Positions 46,413 to 56,912 of a stretch of 64,000 nucleotides of DNA are shown one piece after another. How positions within the stretch are numbered: position 1 is the first letter of the stretch; each line of letters starts with the position of its first letter. The DNA lies in NCBI GenBank assembly GCA_918797485.1, contig CAKKNE010000005.1:3658001-3722000 (forward strand). The letters are read 5' to 3'. The translations under genes were made by a program, and so were the position numbers. Below the pieces are notes generated by a model, which did not search any database, was not told the DNA's origin, and saw nothing but the letters and a program-made list of their open reading frames with translations. Origin of the DNA: Pelagomonas calceolata (taxonomy: Eukaryota).

Positions 46413-46807
46413 GTAAGTGACTCACCGTGCACCCTCCTGCCCTCCTTAATGCTCAGCGCTGACGTGCAGCCCGTGCTGCGCCGAAAACGGCGTTCCGAGA
46501 GACAGCGGCACGGTAAAAATCGACCGGTGGGCAAAAAGCCGCTGCGCCGGCTTGCGCCGCGCACACGGCGGCGGCCGCCCGTTTAGGGCCGCCGCGACGC
46601 CGCGCTCGGCTGCCACAACTGGCCAGCGCCGCGGCGCGCCCGCAATGTTGCGCTTTGGCCCGCGAACGCCGGCGGCGGCCGCCCAGAGAAAAACAGCCCC
46701 CGGCCGGACCGCCGCGGCGCGCCGACGCGGCCGCGCCGCTCCCAGAGAGAAACCAACCCCTCAGCACGCCGCCGCCGCGCCCCGCCACACCCGCCCGTCT
46801 CACGCAG
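46413..46807 (+). other. Putative 5'-UTR intron of the CDK gene (alternative acceptor ending at 46456)
   Basis: Consensus donor G|GTAAGT at 46413; acceptors GCTCAG (46456) and CTCACGCAG (46807, 22 nt before the ATG). Confidence 0.4.
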
Positions 46808-46829
46808 GCCGCCGGCGCCGCGCGCGACG

Positions 46830-47833
46830 ATGGACCGCTACACGAAGGTCGAAAAGGGCCAGACGCACGGCGAGGGCGCCTATGGCGTCGTCTACAAGGG
46901 CAAGGACCGCATCACGGGCGACTTCGTGGCCATGAAGAAGATTAGACTAGAACTCGAGGACGAGGGCATGCCGTCGACCGCACTCAGAGAAATCTCGCTG
47001 CTCAAGGAGCTGCAGCACCCGAACATCGTGGCGCTGAAGGACGTCCTGCAGAACGACGGGCGATTGTACCTGATCTTCGAGTTCCTCGACAAGGACCTGA
47101 AGCGATTCCTAGACAGCAACGAAGGGCCCTTGGACCGCATGCTCATCAAGTCCTACACGTACCAGATGCTGCGGGGCCTGAACTTCTGCCACGCGCGCGG
47201 GGTCATGCACCGCGACCTGAAGCCCCAGAATTTGTTGGTGACGAAAGATGGGCGGCTGAAGATCGCGGACTTTGGCCTCGCGCGGGCGTTCTGCCCGCCC
47301 ATTCGACCGCTGACGCACGAGGTCGTCACGCTGTGGTACCGGCCGCCCGAGATCCTGCTCGGATCCCAAACCTACGCGCCGCCCATGGACATGTGGGCCA
47401 TCGGCACGATCCTGGTGGAGATCGGTGCATGAATCAAAATTTCACGGCGCGTTCGAGACCACCCGCGGCCTGCATTCCCCCAGACGCCGTCGACGCGCAC
47501 CGGACTCACCGGTTGATTTGCGCACAGGTCGAGATGCAGACCAAGAAGCCCATGTTCCCGGGCGACTGCGAGATCGACGAGCTGTTCAAGATCTTTAGAG
47601 TGCTGGGCACGCCGAACGAGAGCGTCTGGGCCGGCGTGGCGTCGCTGCGGGACTACCAGTCGATCTTCCCGTCGTGGCCGCGGCTCGAGCTGTCCAAGTT
47701 CGCGGCCGGTTTGGAGGACTCGGGCCTCGACCTCCTGGACAAGTGCCTCAAGTACGCGCCGAACCAGCGCATCTCGGCGAAGCAGGCCCTGGACCACGCC
47801 TACTTCGACGACCTCGACAAGGACGTGATATAA
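46830..47833 (+). CDS. Cyclin-dependent kinase, PSTALRE type (stramenopile CDKA2-like); intron 47415-47527
   Basis: [56 protein letters not shown]. Confidence 0.95.
47423..47527 (+). mobile_element. Introner (type B)
   Basis: CGGTGCATGAATCAA / TTGATTTGCGCACAG; TSD GTGGAGAT/GTCGAGAT. Confidence 0.9.
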
Positions 47834-48157
47834 ATTCAGGGCGCCGCGCACCGCGCTTGGCTTGCCGCTTTCGTATCGCACCGAGTCCCCCCCCACACCA
47901 CTCCCCACTTAACAAGAGTTCCGTACAAATTCTTTTTGTCTGGCGCGGCGACGAGGCGTCTGCTGTGGCGGCGTTAGGACAGTCTAATAGGACTAGTGTC
48001 ACCGCGCGGGCGGCGTCTTTCAGAACAGCACAATTACGTCTAGCGTTTAGGGAAACAGCCTAGCCTTGCCTTCCTTAACCAAAACGGGTTTTTGCGGATC
48101 CCCGCCCGCCCCAGGGGACTCGTCGCGGAGGTCGCACGGGCCAGTGAGGCTTGCTTT

Positions 48158-48181
48158 CTAGTGTGTCTAATAGGACGCTAG
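48158..48181. promoter_or_regulatory. CTAG-box
   Basis: CTAGTGTGTCTAATAGGACGCTAG. Confidence 0.55.
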
Positions 48182-48296
48182 CTCTGCATGGCCACTCGTT
48201 TTTTTGGCCACAGCGATGCGCGCCGTGGTTGAATTGTCATAAGCAATCAATACCATAAATAACTCATCGTGCTGTCCGCTGCAGTGCAAGCTTGAG

Positions 48297-51200
48297 ATGA
48301 CTGACGCCACTGCTGGACGCTCGCGAGGTGCTGCAGCCTTGCTGGCTGCTTTCGAGCCACCACGCGAGGAGTCGAAGTCGGAGTCGCAGTCGTTAACTGA
48401 GCAATCCAGTCTCCTGGAGGCAGGGCTGCAGCGGCAGGCGAACGCAGCACACGTGCAAAATGCGCTCTCGGACGACGAAACCACAGACGAAGGCGGCAAG
48501 GATTATGGCAGTCCGTTTCTCGAGCGCACCAAGAGCTACGGCTCGTTCTTCAAGCCGCAGCGGCCTTTAGCGCCTATAACAAAGGACGACGCCTCGCTCC
48601 TAACGGCGGCGATGCGGCAGTCGCCGCCCGCCTCGTCGCAGGGCTCGCCGAAGCCGCCGAAAACGTCGCTGCTGCGCAAGGCGTCGACCGTCGTCATCGA
48701 CGCCGTCGCGCCGCCGCAGACGCGGCGGCGCTACTACGCCGACGTCGCCGTCACGCTAGCGCGGGAAGCGGTCGTCGGCGGCATCGCGTTCTTCTCAGTG
48801 CATAAATCAAGTTAGCGAATGCACCCAACTCACTGGTTGATTTGTGAACAGGTTCTTCTTCGTGACGGTGTTCGCGGCGGCCTTCGCGTCGACGACGTCG
48901 GCGGACGTCTCGTTTTTGCGGCCGCGCGGCGCGGACCTCGTGCGCATCGCGACGCTGGGCTTCGTGGCCGGGGCGCCCTTCGTCTTTTTCCAGAAGCTGC
49001 CCTACGCCATGCCGCTCGGGCCCGACCTCGGCGTCGCGCCTCTCCTAGGATTGGTGGCCGAGGCGATTGGCCGGGCGTATCCCGTGGGCACGAAGCTTCC
49101 TTCAGATGATGACGACGCCTTTGCGGCGGTCATTTTAGCGTGGGCGTTCGCGGCTTTACTGATCGGCGTCGCCCTGACGTCCCTGTCGCGGCTGCGGCTC
49201 CTGCGCTTCGTGGATTACATCCCGTTCCCGGTCATCTGCGGCCTCCTCGCGTCAATAGGCGTCGAGCTGGTGGTCGCGGCGATCGGGCTGGCCGCGCCGA
49301 GCGGGGGCTGGAAGGCGCATCCGTTGCCCGTCGCCGTGGCCGCGTTACTAACGGCCGTCGACACTTTATTAAGAGTGCGCCGCGTGGCGCCCGAATTAAG
49401 ATTTGGCGCCGTCGTCATCCTCCCGACGGCCATCTTCCACGTCGTCGCCTGGGAAACACACGCGGGGCTCAACCACTACTGGTTATTGGGACACGGCGCG
49501 ACGCCGTCGGCCGTGACCTACGCTGGCGTCGACGCGCTGCACGACGCCGCGGCCGGCTGCCGCCTCGAGATCACGCCGCCGCTCTGGGCCTTTCATCAAT
49601 TGTGGAGAGACCTCATCACGGGCTCGGCGCGGGGCAAGCGCGCGCTGGCGGCCTTCTGCGCGATGACGCGGCCGCTGCTGGCCGTCGTGGCCCTCGCGAT
49701 TTTGAAGGCACCCATGGCCCAGGCCGCGATGCGCCGGTCGCTCGCGCCGCCCGAGGAGATCGAATCAAGTGCGCCCGAGGCGCTCACCATGCAAAGACGC
49801 TTCCGGCGGCGCCGCGTCGTCGGCAGTAGCATAGCGACGGACGATCGCTTCGAACTCACTACTCTAGGCTTCTGCAGCATCCTCTCGGCGCTCCTCTCGG
49901 GCTCGGTGCTCGGCCAGCAGATCTCCCTGTCGGCCATCGCGCGGGGTTTGGGATTGGGTAGGTGGCAGCGCGCGCCGGGCGCCATTGCTGTATTGTTAGC
50001 CCTGGTCGCGCTCTGGCGGCCGGACTCGCGCTTCTCGATGGCGCGGGAGTTCGTGCCGCGGTTTGTCTACAGCGCTTTGGTTGCGGGCCAGGGCCTCGCG
50101 AACGTCGACCGATGGTTGATTGAGCCCGGCCGCCAGGTCCTGCCTCCCGCAGAACTCTGCGTGACGGTGCTCATCGTCTGCGTCGTGCGCTTCGCGGGAT
50201 TGGCCACGGGCCTGACGGCGGGCGCCGTCGCGTCCGTGGCGATTTTTGCGTTTGCGAACCTTTCCGCGCCGGTCGTGAAGTACGCCGCGACGGCACTCAA
50301 TGTTAGGTCCTCCGTGGAGCGCGACCGCGACGAGGCGGCTCGCTTAGATGTTTACGGTGATAGAATAGGAATTTTTGCCGTGCAAGGGTTTCTGTTCTTC
50401 GGGAACGGGCGGCGCGTTGTCGAGTTCGTGAGGGCGTGGCTCGACGGGGCGCACGACAACGCGCACTACGCGATTCTCGACCTCGCGCACGCGACGGGCG
50501 CCGACGCGTCGGCGGTCGACGCGTTGCTAGAAGCGGCGCGCCTCGTGCAGGCGACGCATCGACGCGAGGTCCCGGCGCTCTACGTCTGCGGCGCGCACGA
50601 AGACGTTCGGCGCGCGCTCCGGCGGCGACAGGCGTCGGGCGGCGCGGCCGTGAAGCAATCGCTGGACGTCGATAGCGCCCTTGGCGACTGCGAGGCACGG
50701 TTGCTGCGGGACCTTCGCGAGGGCAACTCGCAGACGCCGCTGCGGCGCCTGGGTACAACGGTGGTCTCGTTTGATAAAGCTTTGATCGGCGCCGTCCGCC
50801 GCAGCGCTTTATCAGGCTTCGCCGCCGACGCGGAGATAGACGCGTTGCTGGCGGGGCCCGGCCTGAGTGAATGCGCCGAGGCGAGGAGATTGAAGTCGGG
50901 CGAGGCGTTGTTACCACATGGCGCTGCGGGCGAGCCGACGGGGCACGACGACGCGCTCTACATCGTCGCGAGCGGCCGCATGACGGTGCGGCGCGACCCG
51001 AATCAGTCGACGGGCGCGATACTGCGGAAGGCGCGGCGCCACGCGACGTCGTTCCGCCTCGCCGAGCTGGGACCGGGGAGCATCATTGGGACGCACGAGT
51101 TCGTGCGAAGGACGCGGAGCGTCGGCGTCTTCATGGCCGCAGAGCCGTGCCTGTTGTACAAGCTGCCCTTCGCGGCGCTCGACGCGCTCGCCAGGAGCGA

Positions 51201-51372
51201 CCCGTCCGCGCACGGAGCTCTGTGGCGCCTGATCGCGGGGCACCTCTGCGGCGAGGCCGAGCGGACAAAATGGCGGCTCGGATCAATGGTAGACTTGCTC
51301 CACTCCGTGCCGCTCCGGGAGCCGATCGCGCGGCGGGCCCTTCGGGCGCTCGGGTCGGTGGAGGCGACGTGA
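48297..51372 (+). CDS. SulP/SLC26-like anion transporter with STAS and cyclic-nucleotide-binding domains; intron 48788-48851
   Basis: Many TM helices, GPD, YIPFPVICGLLASIG; QGFLFFGN, ILDLAHATGADASA (STAS); LYIVASG, LGPGSIIG (cNMP). Confidence 0.87.
48796..48851 (+). mobile_element. Introner (type B)
   Basis: CAGTGCATAAATCAA / TTGATTTGTGAACAG; perfect TSD GTTCTTCT. Confidence 0.9.
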
Positions 51373-51401
51373 TGTGTGCATAAGACATGTTGTTAGTGAC
51401 A

Positions 51402-53306
51402 TTAGCGCCGGCGCTTGCGGGGAGGCTTCGCGTTGTCGTGGACCCACGCGATGCCCTCGGCGAGGCTCATCGGGCGATCCGCCTCGGCGTTCCACGGGAT
51501 TTCCTGCTCCGCTTCCCAGGAGTTTTGGGAGTAGTAGAACGGGGCTGCGTCGTCGGCGAGCATGCGCGTCGGCACGTCTCGCTCCATGAGCGCCTCCGCC
51601 GCGGCGCTCACCATCTCCTGGAGTTCTCGGCGCTGCGACTCGAGGGGCGTGACCATCGAGTCCAGGAGTTCGCCGCGGCTCTCGTGGTCGTCGCGCTCCT
51701 TCGTAACCTTGGCCACGCGGCTCTTGTGGTCGTCTCGCTCCTTCTTGACCTCCGCGACGCGCTTGGTGGTTTCCTTGTCGTGGAGCTCGCGGAGCTTCGA
51801 GCGGGGCGGCGGCGCTTCGTCGTCGTCGCTGTCTTCCGCCGTGAGATCCAGCACGGTGCCCTCATGGCGATCGAGGCGGCGTTTCAGCTTTGCGTTCGCT
51901 TCCTCGAGCAGCATGACGACTACGTCGTAATGACGGCGACGCTTTGCTGCGTCCAGCGGCGTCGTACCGTCCTTATCTGCCCATTCGACGTCGGCGCCCC
52001 GCGCCAATAAGAGCCGCGCCGCGTCGACGTGGCCCTTCTCGCAGGCGACGTACAGCGGCGTAAAGCCGCCCTCCCTTGCCCGGTCGACCTCCGCATCTTT
52101 TTCCAGCAACAGCCGCGCCGCGTCGACATTGCCGTTCTCGCAGGCGACGAACAGCGGCGTCCAGCCGTTCCTCCTTGCCCGATTAACGTCCGCGCCGTTG
52201 TCCAGCAACAGCCGCACCGCGTCGACGTGGCCATCATAGCAGGCGACGTACAGCGGCGTCGAGCCGTACTTGTTCGCCCGATTAATATCCGCGCCGCGCT
52301 CCAGCAGCAGCCGCGCCGCGCCGACGTGGCCCTGATGGCAGGCGATGTACAGCGGCGTCCAATCGTGCTTCTTTTCAGCCCGATCGATTTCCGCGCCGTT
52401 GTCCAGCAACAGCCTCGCCGCGTCGACGTTGCCGTTCTTGCAGGCAAAGAACAGCGGCGTCGCATCGTCCTCGTCCGCCCGATCGACCTCCGCACCTTTT
52501 TTCAGCAGCATCCGCGCTGCGTCGAGGCGGCCGCCCTCGCACGCTACGAATAAGGGCGTCGCGCCGTCCTTCTTTGCGTCTACCTCTGCGCCACCGTCCA
52601 GGAGTTGAGTCATCGCCTCGACGTCGCCGGTCCTTGCCGCAGCGTGAAGTGGGAACTTCGGATCCAAGTGTTCCTCGAGCAGCGCGACGGACGAGTGGCT
52701 GAAGGTTTGTGCGATGGACAGCGGCGTCTGACCGTCCTTTGTCGTCCGAAAAACGTCCGCGCCCTTGTCCAGCAACAGCCGCGCCGCGTCGACGTGGCCC
52801 CCACCGCAGGCGACAAACAGCGGCGTCTCACCGTTCACATCCGCCCGGTCGACCTCCGCGCCTTTATCTAGCAACAGTTGCGCCGCGTCGACGTGGCCTA
52901 TCTGGCAGGCGACGTACAGCGGCGTCTGGCCGTACTTGTTCGCCCGATCGATCTCCGCGCCTTTATCTAACAACAGCCGCACCACGTCGACGTGGCCCTC
53001 CCAGCAGGCGGTGATCAACGGCGTCGCACCGTACTTGTTCGCCCGATTAACGTCCGCGCCTTCGTCCAGCAGCAGCCGCGCCGCGTCGACGTGGCCGTTC
53101 CGACAGGCGATGTACAGCGGCGTCGCACCGTCCTCACCCGCCCGATTGACCTCCGCACCTTCTGCCAGCAGCGACCGCGCCGCGTCGACGTGTCCTTTCT
53201 CGCAGGCGAGGAATAGCGTCTTATTGGCAGCCGGCTTTTTTGCCGCCGGTTTCTTCTTTTTGGGCGGTGCCGCAGCGCCTGATGACTTCTTCGTTTTGGG
53301 CGGCAT
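51402..53306 (-). CDS. Ankyrin-repeat protein (about 13 repeats) with coiled-coil tail and NLS-like end
   Basis: 99-bp tandem units encoding G.TPL..AC..GHVDAARLLL..GAEVDRA; ends KPPRKRRR. Confidence 0.93.
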   Translation of the reverse strand: MPPKTKKSSGAAAPPKKKKPAAKKPAANKTLFLACEKGHVDAARSLLAEGAEVNRAGEDGATPLYIACRNGHVDAARLLLDEGADVNRANKYGATPLITACWEGHVDVVRLLLDKGAEIDRANKYGQTPLYVACQIGHVDAAQLLLDKGAEVDRADVNGETPLFVACGGGHVDAARLLLDKGADVFRTTKDGQTPLSIAQTFSHSSVALLEEHLDPKFPLHAAARTGDVEAMTQLLDGGAEVDAKKDGATPLFVACEGGRLDAARMLLKKGAEVDRADEDDATPLFFACKNGNVDAARLLLDNGAEIDRAEKKHDWTPLYIACHQGHVGAARLLLERGADINRANKYGSTPLYVACYDGHVDAVRLLLDNGADVNRARRNGWTPLFVACENGNVDAARLLLEKDAEVDRAREGGFTPLYVACEKGHVDAARLLLARGADVEWADKDGTTPLDAAKRRRHYDVVVMLLEEANAKLKRRLDRHEGTVLDLTAEDSDDDEAPPPRSKLRELHDKETTKRVAEVKKERDDHKSRVAKVTKERDDHESRGELLDSMVTPLESQRRELQEMVSAAAEALMERDVPTRMLADDAAPFYYSQNSWEAEQEIPWNAEADRPMSLAEGIAWVHDNAKPPRKRRR

Positions 53307-53611
53307 CGCGACACGCGAGTGGGCAGCCTCGCACAGGTACGCGCTGTGAGATGTCGTGTGCACAGCGCAGAGAGGCGCTCCCGCTTCTGAGACGCCCCGC
53401 ACGCTAGTCGCCCAGGATAGAACCGTCCTCAAACGGACCAGAGAGTACTCTGTGCATGAATCCCGGAGCGCAATTCCGGGACAAGGTGGCGACACAAAAC
53501 TGATGGCGCTGCATATGCTCTCCGGCGGCAAGAGGACCAAAACGCTGCCCATTCGTGGGCCCACGACGCGACAAAGCTGCCCATCCATGACTCGAGCCTA
53601 AACCACCAACC

Positions 53612-55931
53612 ATGAGCAGGCTCCCCGAGATCGCGAGCCCGGGAGTGAGCGCCAAGCCGTCCGTCTCCAGCACGACGCAGGGCCTCACGACGCTCGCCGA
53701 GCAGTCGTCCATGGGCCTCACGACGCTCGTGGCGCCGCTCCAAGAGGCCGTCACCGAGAAACTCTTCAGCGGTGGTAGTTTGGCCTCTGGAAGTGTGGAG
53801 ACGTCGCCCGAGACCTTCGCTGATAAACTAGTAAGGGCCGCCGCGCACCGAGCCGAGATCATTTCCCAGCGGCGCGAGGCGGCGCGACGGTATACTGCTG
53901 TAAGAGCAGCATCTGCGCGGCAGCGCCGCGACGCGGTCCTGCAAAAGCGAGAAGACGACGTGTTGAGTAAAGTCGAGTTGAAAAGGGACCGGCCGCGGAT
54001 CCTGCGGGAGCAGGCCTTGCAGCGGCTGCGCGGGGCGTTACTACTCACGATCGTGCAGCAAGCTATCCGCGCGAAGGCTTTGTCAGACCAATTGGAGATA
54101 GGCCGCGAGGACATGGCGACGCGGCGGAAACACCGGCGAGCCGCGAAGATGGTCCAGCGGTGCTACCGCCAGAAGCGGACCCAGCGCATGTGGACGAAAT
54201 TTTCGAAGTATGCGCGGCTCATGAAGCGGCATCGCCTGAGGATGTGCTTCACGATACGGTGTTGGAGGAGGGCCTACGCGGCGGGCGTCGTGCGGGACTT
54301 TTTGCGGGCCACGAACAAGGGCGCGAAGCTGCAGCGCGTGGTCATGACCTACACGGAGCGCGTCGTGCTGGGTCAGTCGTTGATAAGGCAGTACGTTTAT
54401 GCGAGGCGGGCGCGGATGAAGATCCTGGACCAAATCTACGTCCAGCTCGAAGGTATTATCATCGAGGAGGAGCGGCGGCGCATCGTGGCGCGCGTGCACG
54501 AGATCCGGAAGCTGTTGCGAGCGAGGTTGGAAGGCAGGGCCGACAGCCGCGCGTCGCTCTCGACGCAGCCCGCGCGGGGCAAGTCCTTCGCCGAGAAGGT
54601 GATGGACGAGGCCGACAAGGTCGAGTTGGACCTGAAATATCAACGATCGAAGGTCCAGAATTTGATCGAGGGCCACCAGGAGCGCTATGAGTTGTGCTGT
54701 AAATATCGGAAGGACACGCCGACGCTGATGGCGGAATACGACGCGTTCCTCAAGCGCGACGAGCCGCCTTCACCACAGAAGCGGCGGCCGACGACGGCGC
54801 CGGCCGCTCTGGATCAGCAGCTCTTGCCCTCGGGCGAGCGCAAGCCCTCGGTCAAAGAAATAATCAGGAGTTCGCGCGCCGCGCGGGCTGGGAAGCTAAA
54901 AAAGGGCATCGAGGTCCAGCGCGGGCGGGCCGCGCTGACGGCGGCGTCCGCTTCCGCGTCCGTTCCACCCATACGCCATCGCCGCGACGTGCGCCCTCGA
55001 CGCTATCGCCGCGACGCCGTCTCCGTGCGGTCGGCGCGGCGATGGCGTCTCGACTGGTGCAGCCTCGACGCCATCGACGCGAGAGGGAGAACGCGTCGCG
55101 TGCCACCTTCGTGATGTCCGACGCGTCGCCCGCGCAGGCCACCGGATCCGCCGCCGCGCGTCGAGCCGAAGCGACGGAGGGAGCTGCTGTCGTGGTTGTT
55201 GGCGCGGCGACTACGCGCGTGGCGCCGGCGGATGGAACGGCGCGCGTTGCGCGCTGTGTGGAAATCAACCAGTGTGGATTCGCCTCGTGTCGATTGGTGG
55301 GGCGCCCGAAATTTGATTTTTCAACACAGGTCGCGCGCGTCGCGCAAAGGCAGATCGCGCTACTCGCGCGGCTCCATCGACACCGCCAATACCTGTGTGG
55401 AAATCAACCAGTGAGTTAGGTTACGACGCTGTCACGGCGAGAACATTGCGTTGATGGCCTGAAAACTCCACGCCATCGAGCAGACGCAGTTACGGGGAAG
55501 ACGTCGCGTCGGGCATCCAAAATTTGATTTCCACACAGGCCACCACCGGCGACGAGTCGACGGCGATGGCGTCTAACGAGGAGATCGCCGACGACGCCGC
55601 GCTCGCGGGCCAGGCGGACGCGTTCTCGATTGGAGACGCCATTCGGTGGCTGAAGCTCGGGCAGCGACGAAGCAGTGGGGACGTCCGAGAGCAAGCGGAG
55701 GCGTCGGCGATGCTCGAGTCGGCGACGCAGGGCATCTATATGTTCTACAACTCGTTTGGGGGCGTCGCCGGCATGTACGCGGCAGTCGAGGACTGCGTCA
55801 GAGATGAGCGCAATCGACAGCAGGCTTTGCAAGATGAAATGGAGGGGACCCTGGAGGCGCGGTACGGCATGGACCCGTCCCAGTTCTCCGGCGGGGTAAA
55901 GGTTGCGCCGCCCGAGTTGACGGAGATATAA
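53612..55931 (+). CDS. Hypothetical basic helical protein with IQ-like motifs; introns ~54946-55137, 55246-55329, 55385-55538
   Basis: AAKMVQRCYR, GQSLIRQY; three introns give a continuous frame to the stop at 55931. Confidence 0.7.
55254..55329 (+). mobile_element. Introner (type A)
   Basis: CTGTGTGGAAATCAA / TTGATTTTTCAACACAG; TSD GTTGCGCG/GTCGCGCG. Confidence 0.88.
55393..55538 (+). mobile_element. Introner (type A) with GC donor
   Basis: Perfect 15-bp TIR; TSD GCCAATAC/GCCACCAC. Confidence 0.88.
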
Positions 55932-55952
55932 CTTGTAGACAACACATCATCT

Positions 55953-56594
55953 TTATTTTTTCGGCGGCGGCGGCTGGTACCACCGGTCCTCGTCCGTTGA
56001 TTGGTTTCCGGGCGACGCCCAGTCGTCCGACGGGCCTCCGGGCGACGACCAGTCGTCGGCCGATGGCTGCCCGGCCCAGCCGTCGTCGCTGTTGGAAGCA
56101 GCGCCACCACCGAACCGCTCCGCCCGCGCCTCGCACAGCTCCCAGATGCGCGTCATGGCCCCGGACACCGCCTTGGCGGGCGGCTCCTCGGCCATCATGG
56201 CCTTCAGGTCGAGGAACGTCGGGCACAATAGAGAATCGACGCGGGGCGAGTGCTCCGGCTGCGCGCAGATCTTCTCGAAGAAGGGCTCGACGCGCCGCGC
56301 GAAGACGCCGCCGAAGGTCAGATTGCCCACTAGGATCCCTCCGAGGGTCGACGCCACGACGCCGGCGCGCCGTCTTAGAAGCGCCGCCGTACCGATGCAA
56401 GTCGCGGTCCCGGCCAGCGCGCATTCCCACCACAGCCGGGATCTTAACTCCTTCTCAAGTGGCGTCGACTCGGCATTTTTGATGCGCTCACCGCGCTCCT
56501 TCAAACGCTGCACGAACTGGCGCTGCTTCATCTGGGCTTCGAGCGCTTGGTGGCGCTTCTCACTTGTGGAGCGGGTGTCATCGGAGTCTGGCAT
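55953..56594 (-). CDS. Hypothetical protein with two hydrophobic segments
   Basis: 213-aa ORF; C-terminal DDW-type repeats. Confidence 0.7.
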   Translation of the reverse strand: MPDSDDTRSTSEKRHQALEAQMKQRQFVQRLKERGERIKNAESTPLEKELRSRLWWECALAGTATCIGTAALLRRRAGVVASTLGGILVGNLTFGGVFARRVEPFFEKICAQPEHSPRVDSLLCPTFLDLKAMMAEEPPAKAVSGAMTRIWELCEARAERFGGGAASNSDDGWAGQPSADDWSSPGGPSDDWASPGNQSTDEDRWYQPPPPKK

Positions 56595-56726
56595 CTTGTC
56601 CCCGAGACTCGCTGTTTTACAGTGCTGCCAGCGCAGCGACTTAGACTGAACTCAGAGGCCACTCTGCGCCTCTTTAAGCGACTCAGAGCACCGCTGTGAC
56701 CAGTTTTTTGGCCTTGGGCACTGAGG

Positions 56727-56748
56727 CTAGTGTCTTACAGGTCGCTAG
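56727..56748. promoter_or_regulatory. CTAG-box, divergent promoter
   Basis: CTAGTGTCTTACAGGTCGCTAG. Confidence 0.65.
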
Positions 56749-56912
56749 CTCACCGCGTCGAGCAAAAAAAGGCCCTGTGCAGCGCAATCTCTCGTACTCA
56801 CGGCATATATACACACGGATCTGTCATTTCGCAGCGCGTTTTAGCCCTGTGCAAGCGCTCCACGCATCGCTCACCACCTTTACTGTACTTTAGCACTTGA
56901 CCCATAAGCCAT

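Noticed and set aside
47880..48125. Possible ncRNA: GAGTCCCC..GGGGACTC pairing, TTTAGGG and a U12-type TTCCTTAAC
   Set aside because: Only short isolated matches, lacking other RNase MRP, telomerase or snRNA hallmarks; probably CDK 3' UTR.
51950..53220. Regular 99-bp repeats resembling a CRISPR or satellite array
   Set aside because: They are in-frame ankyrin repeats, with no unique spacers and no cas genes.
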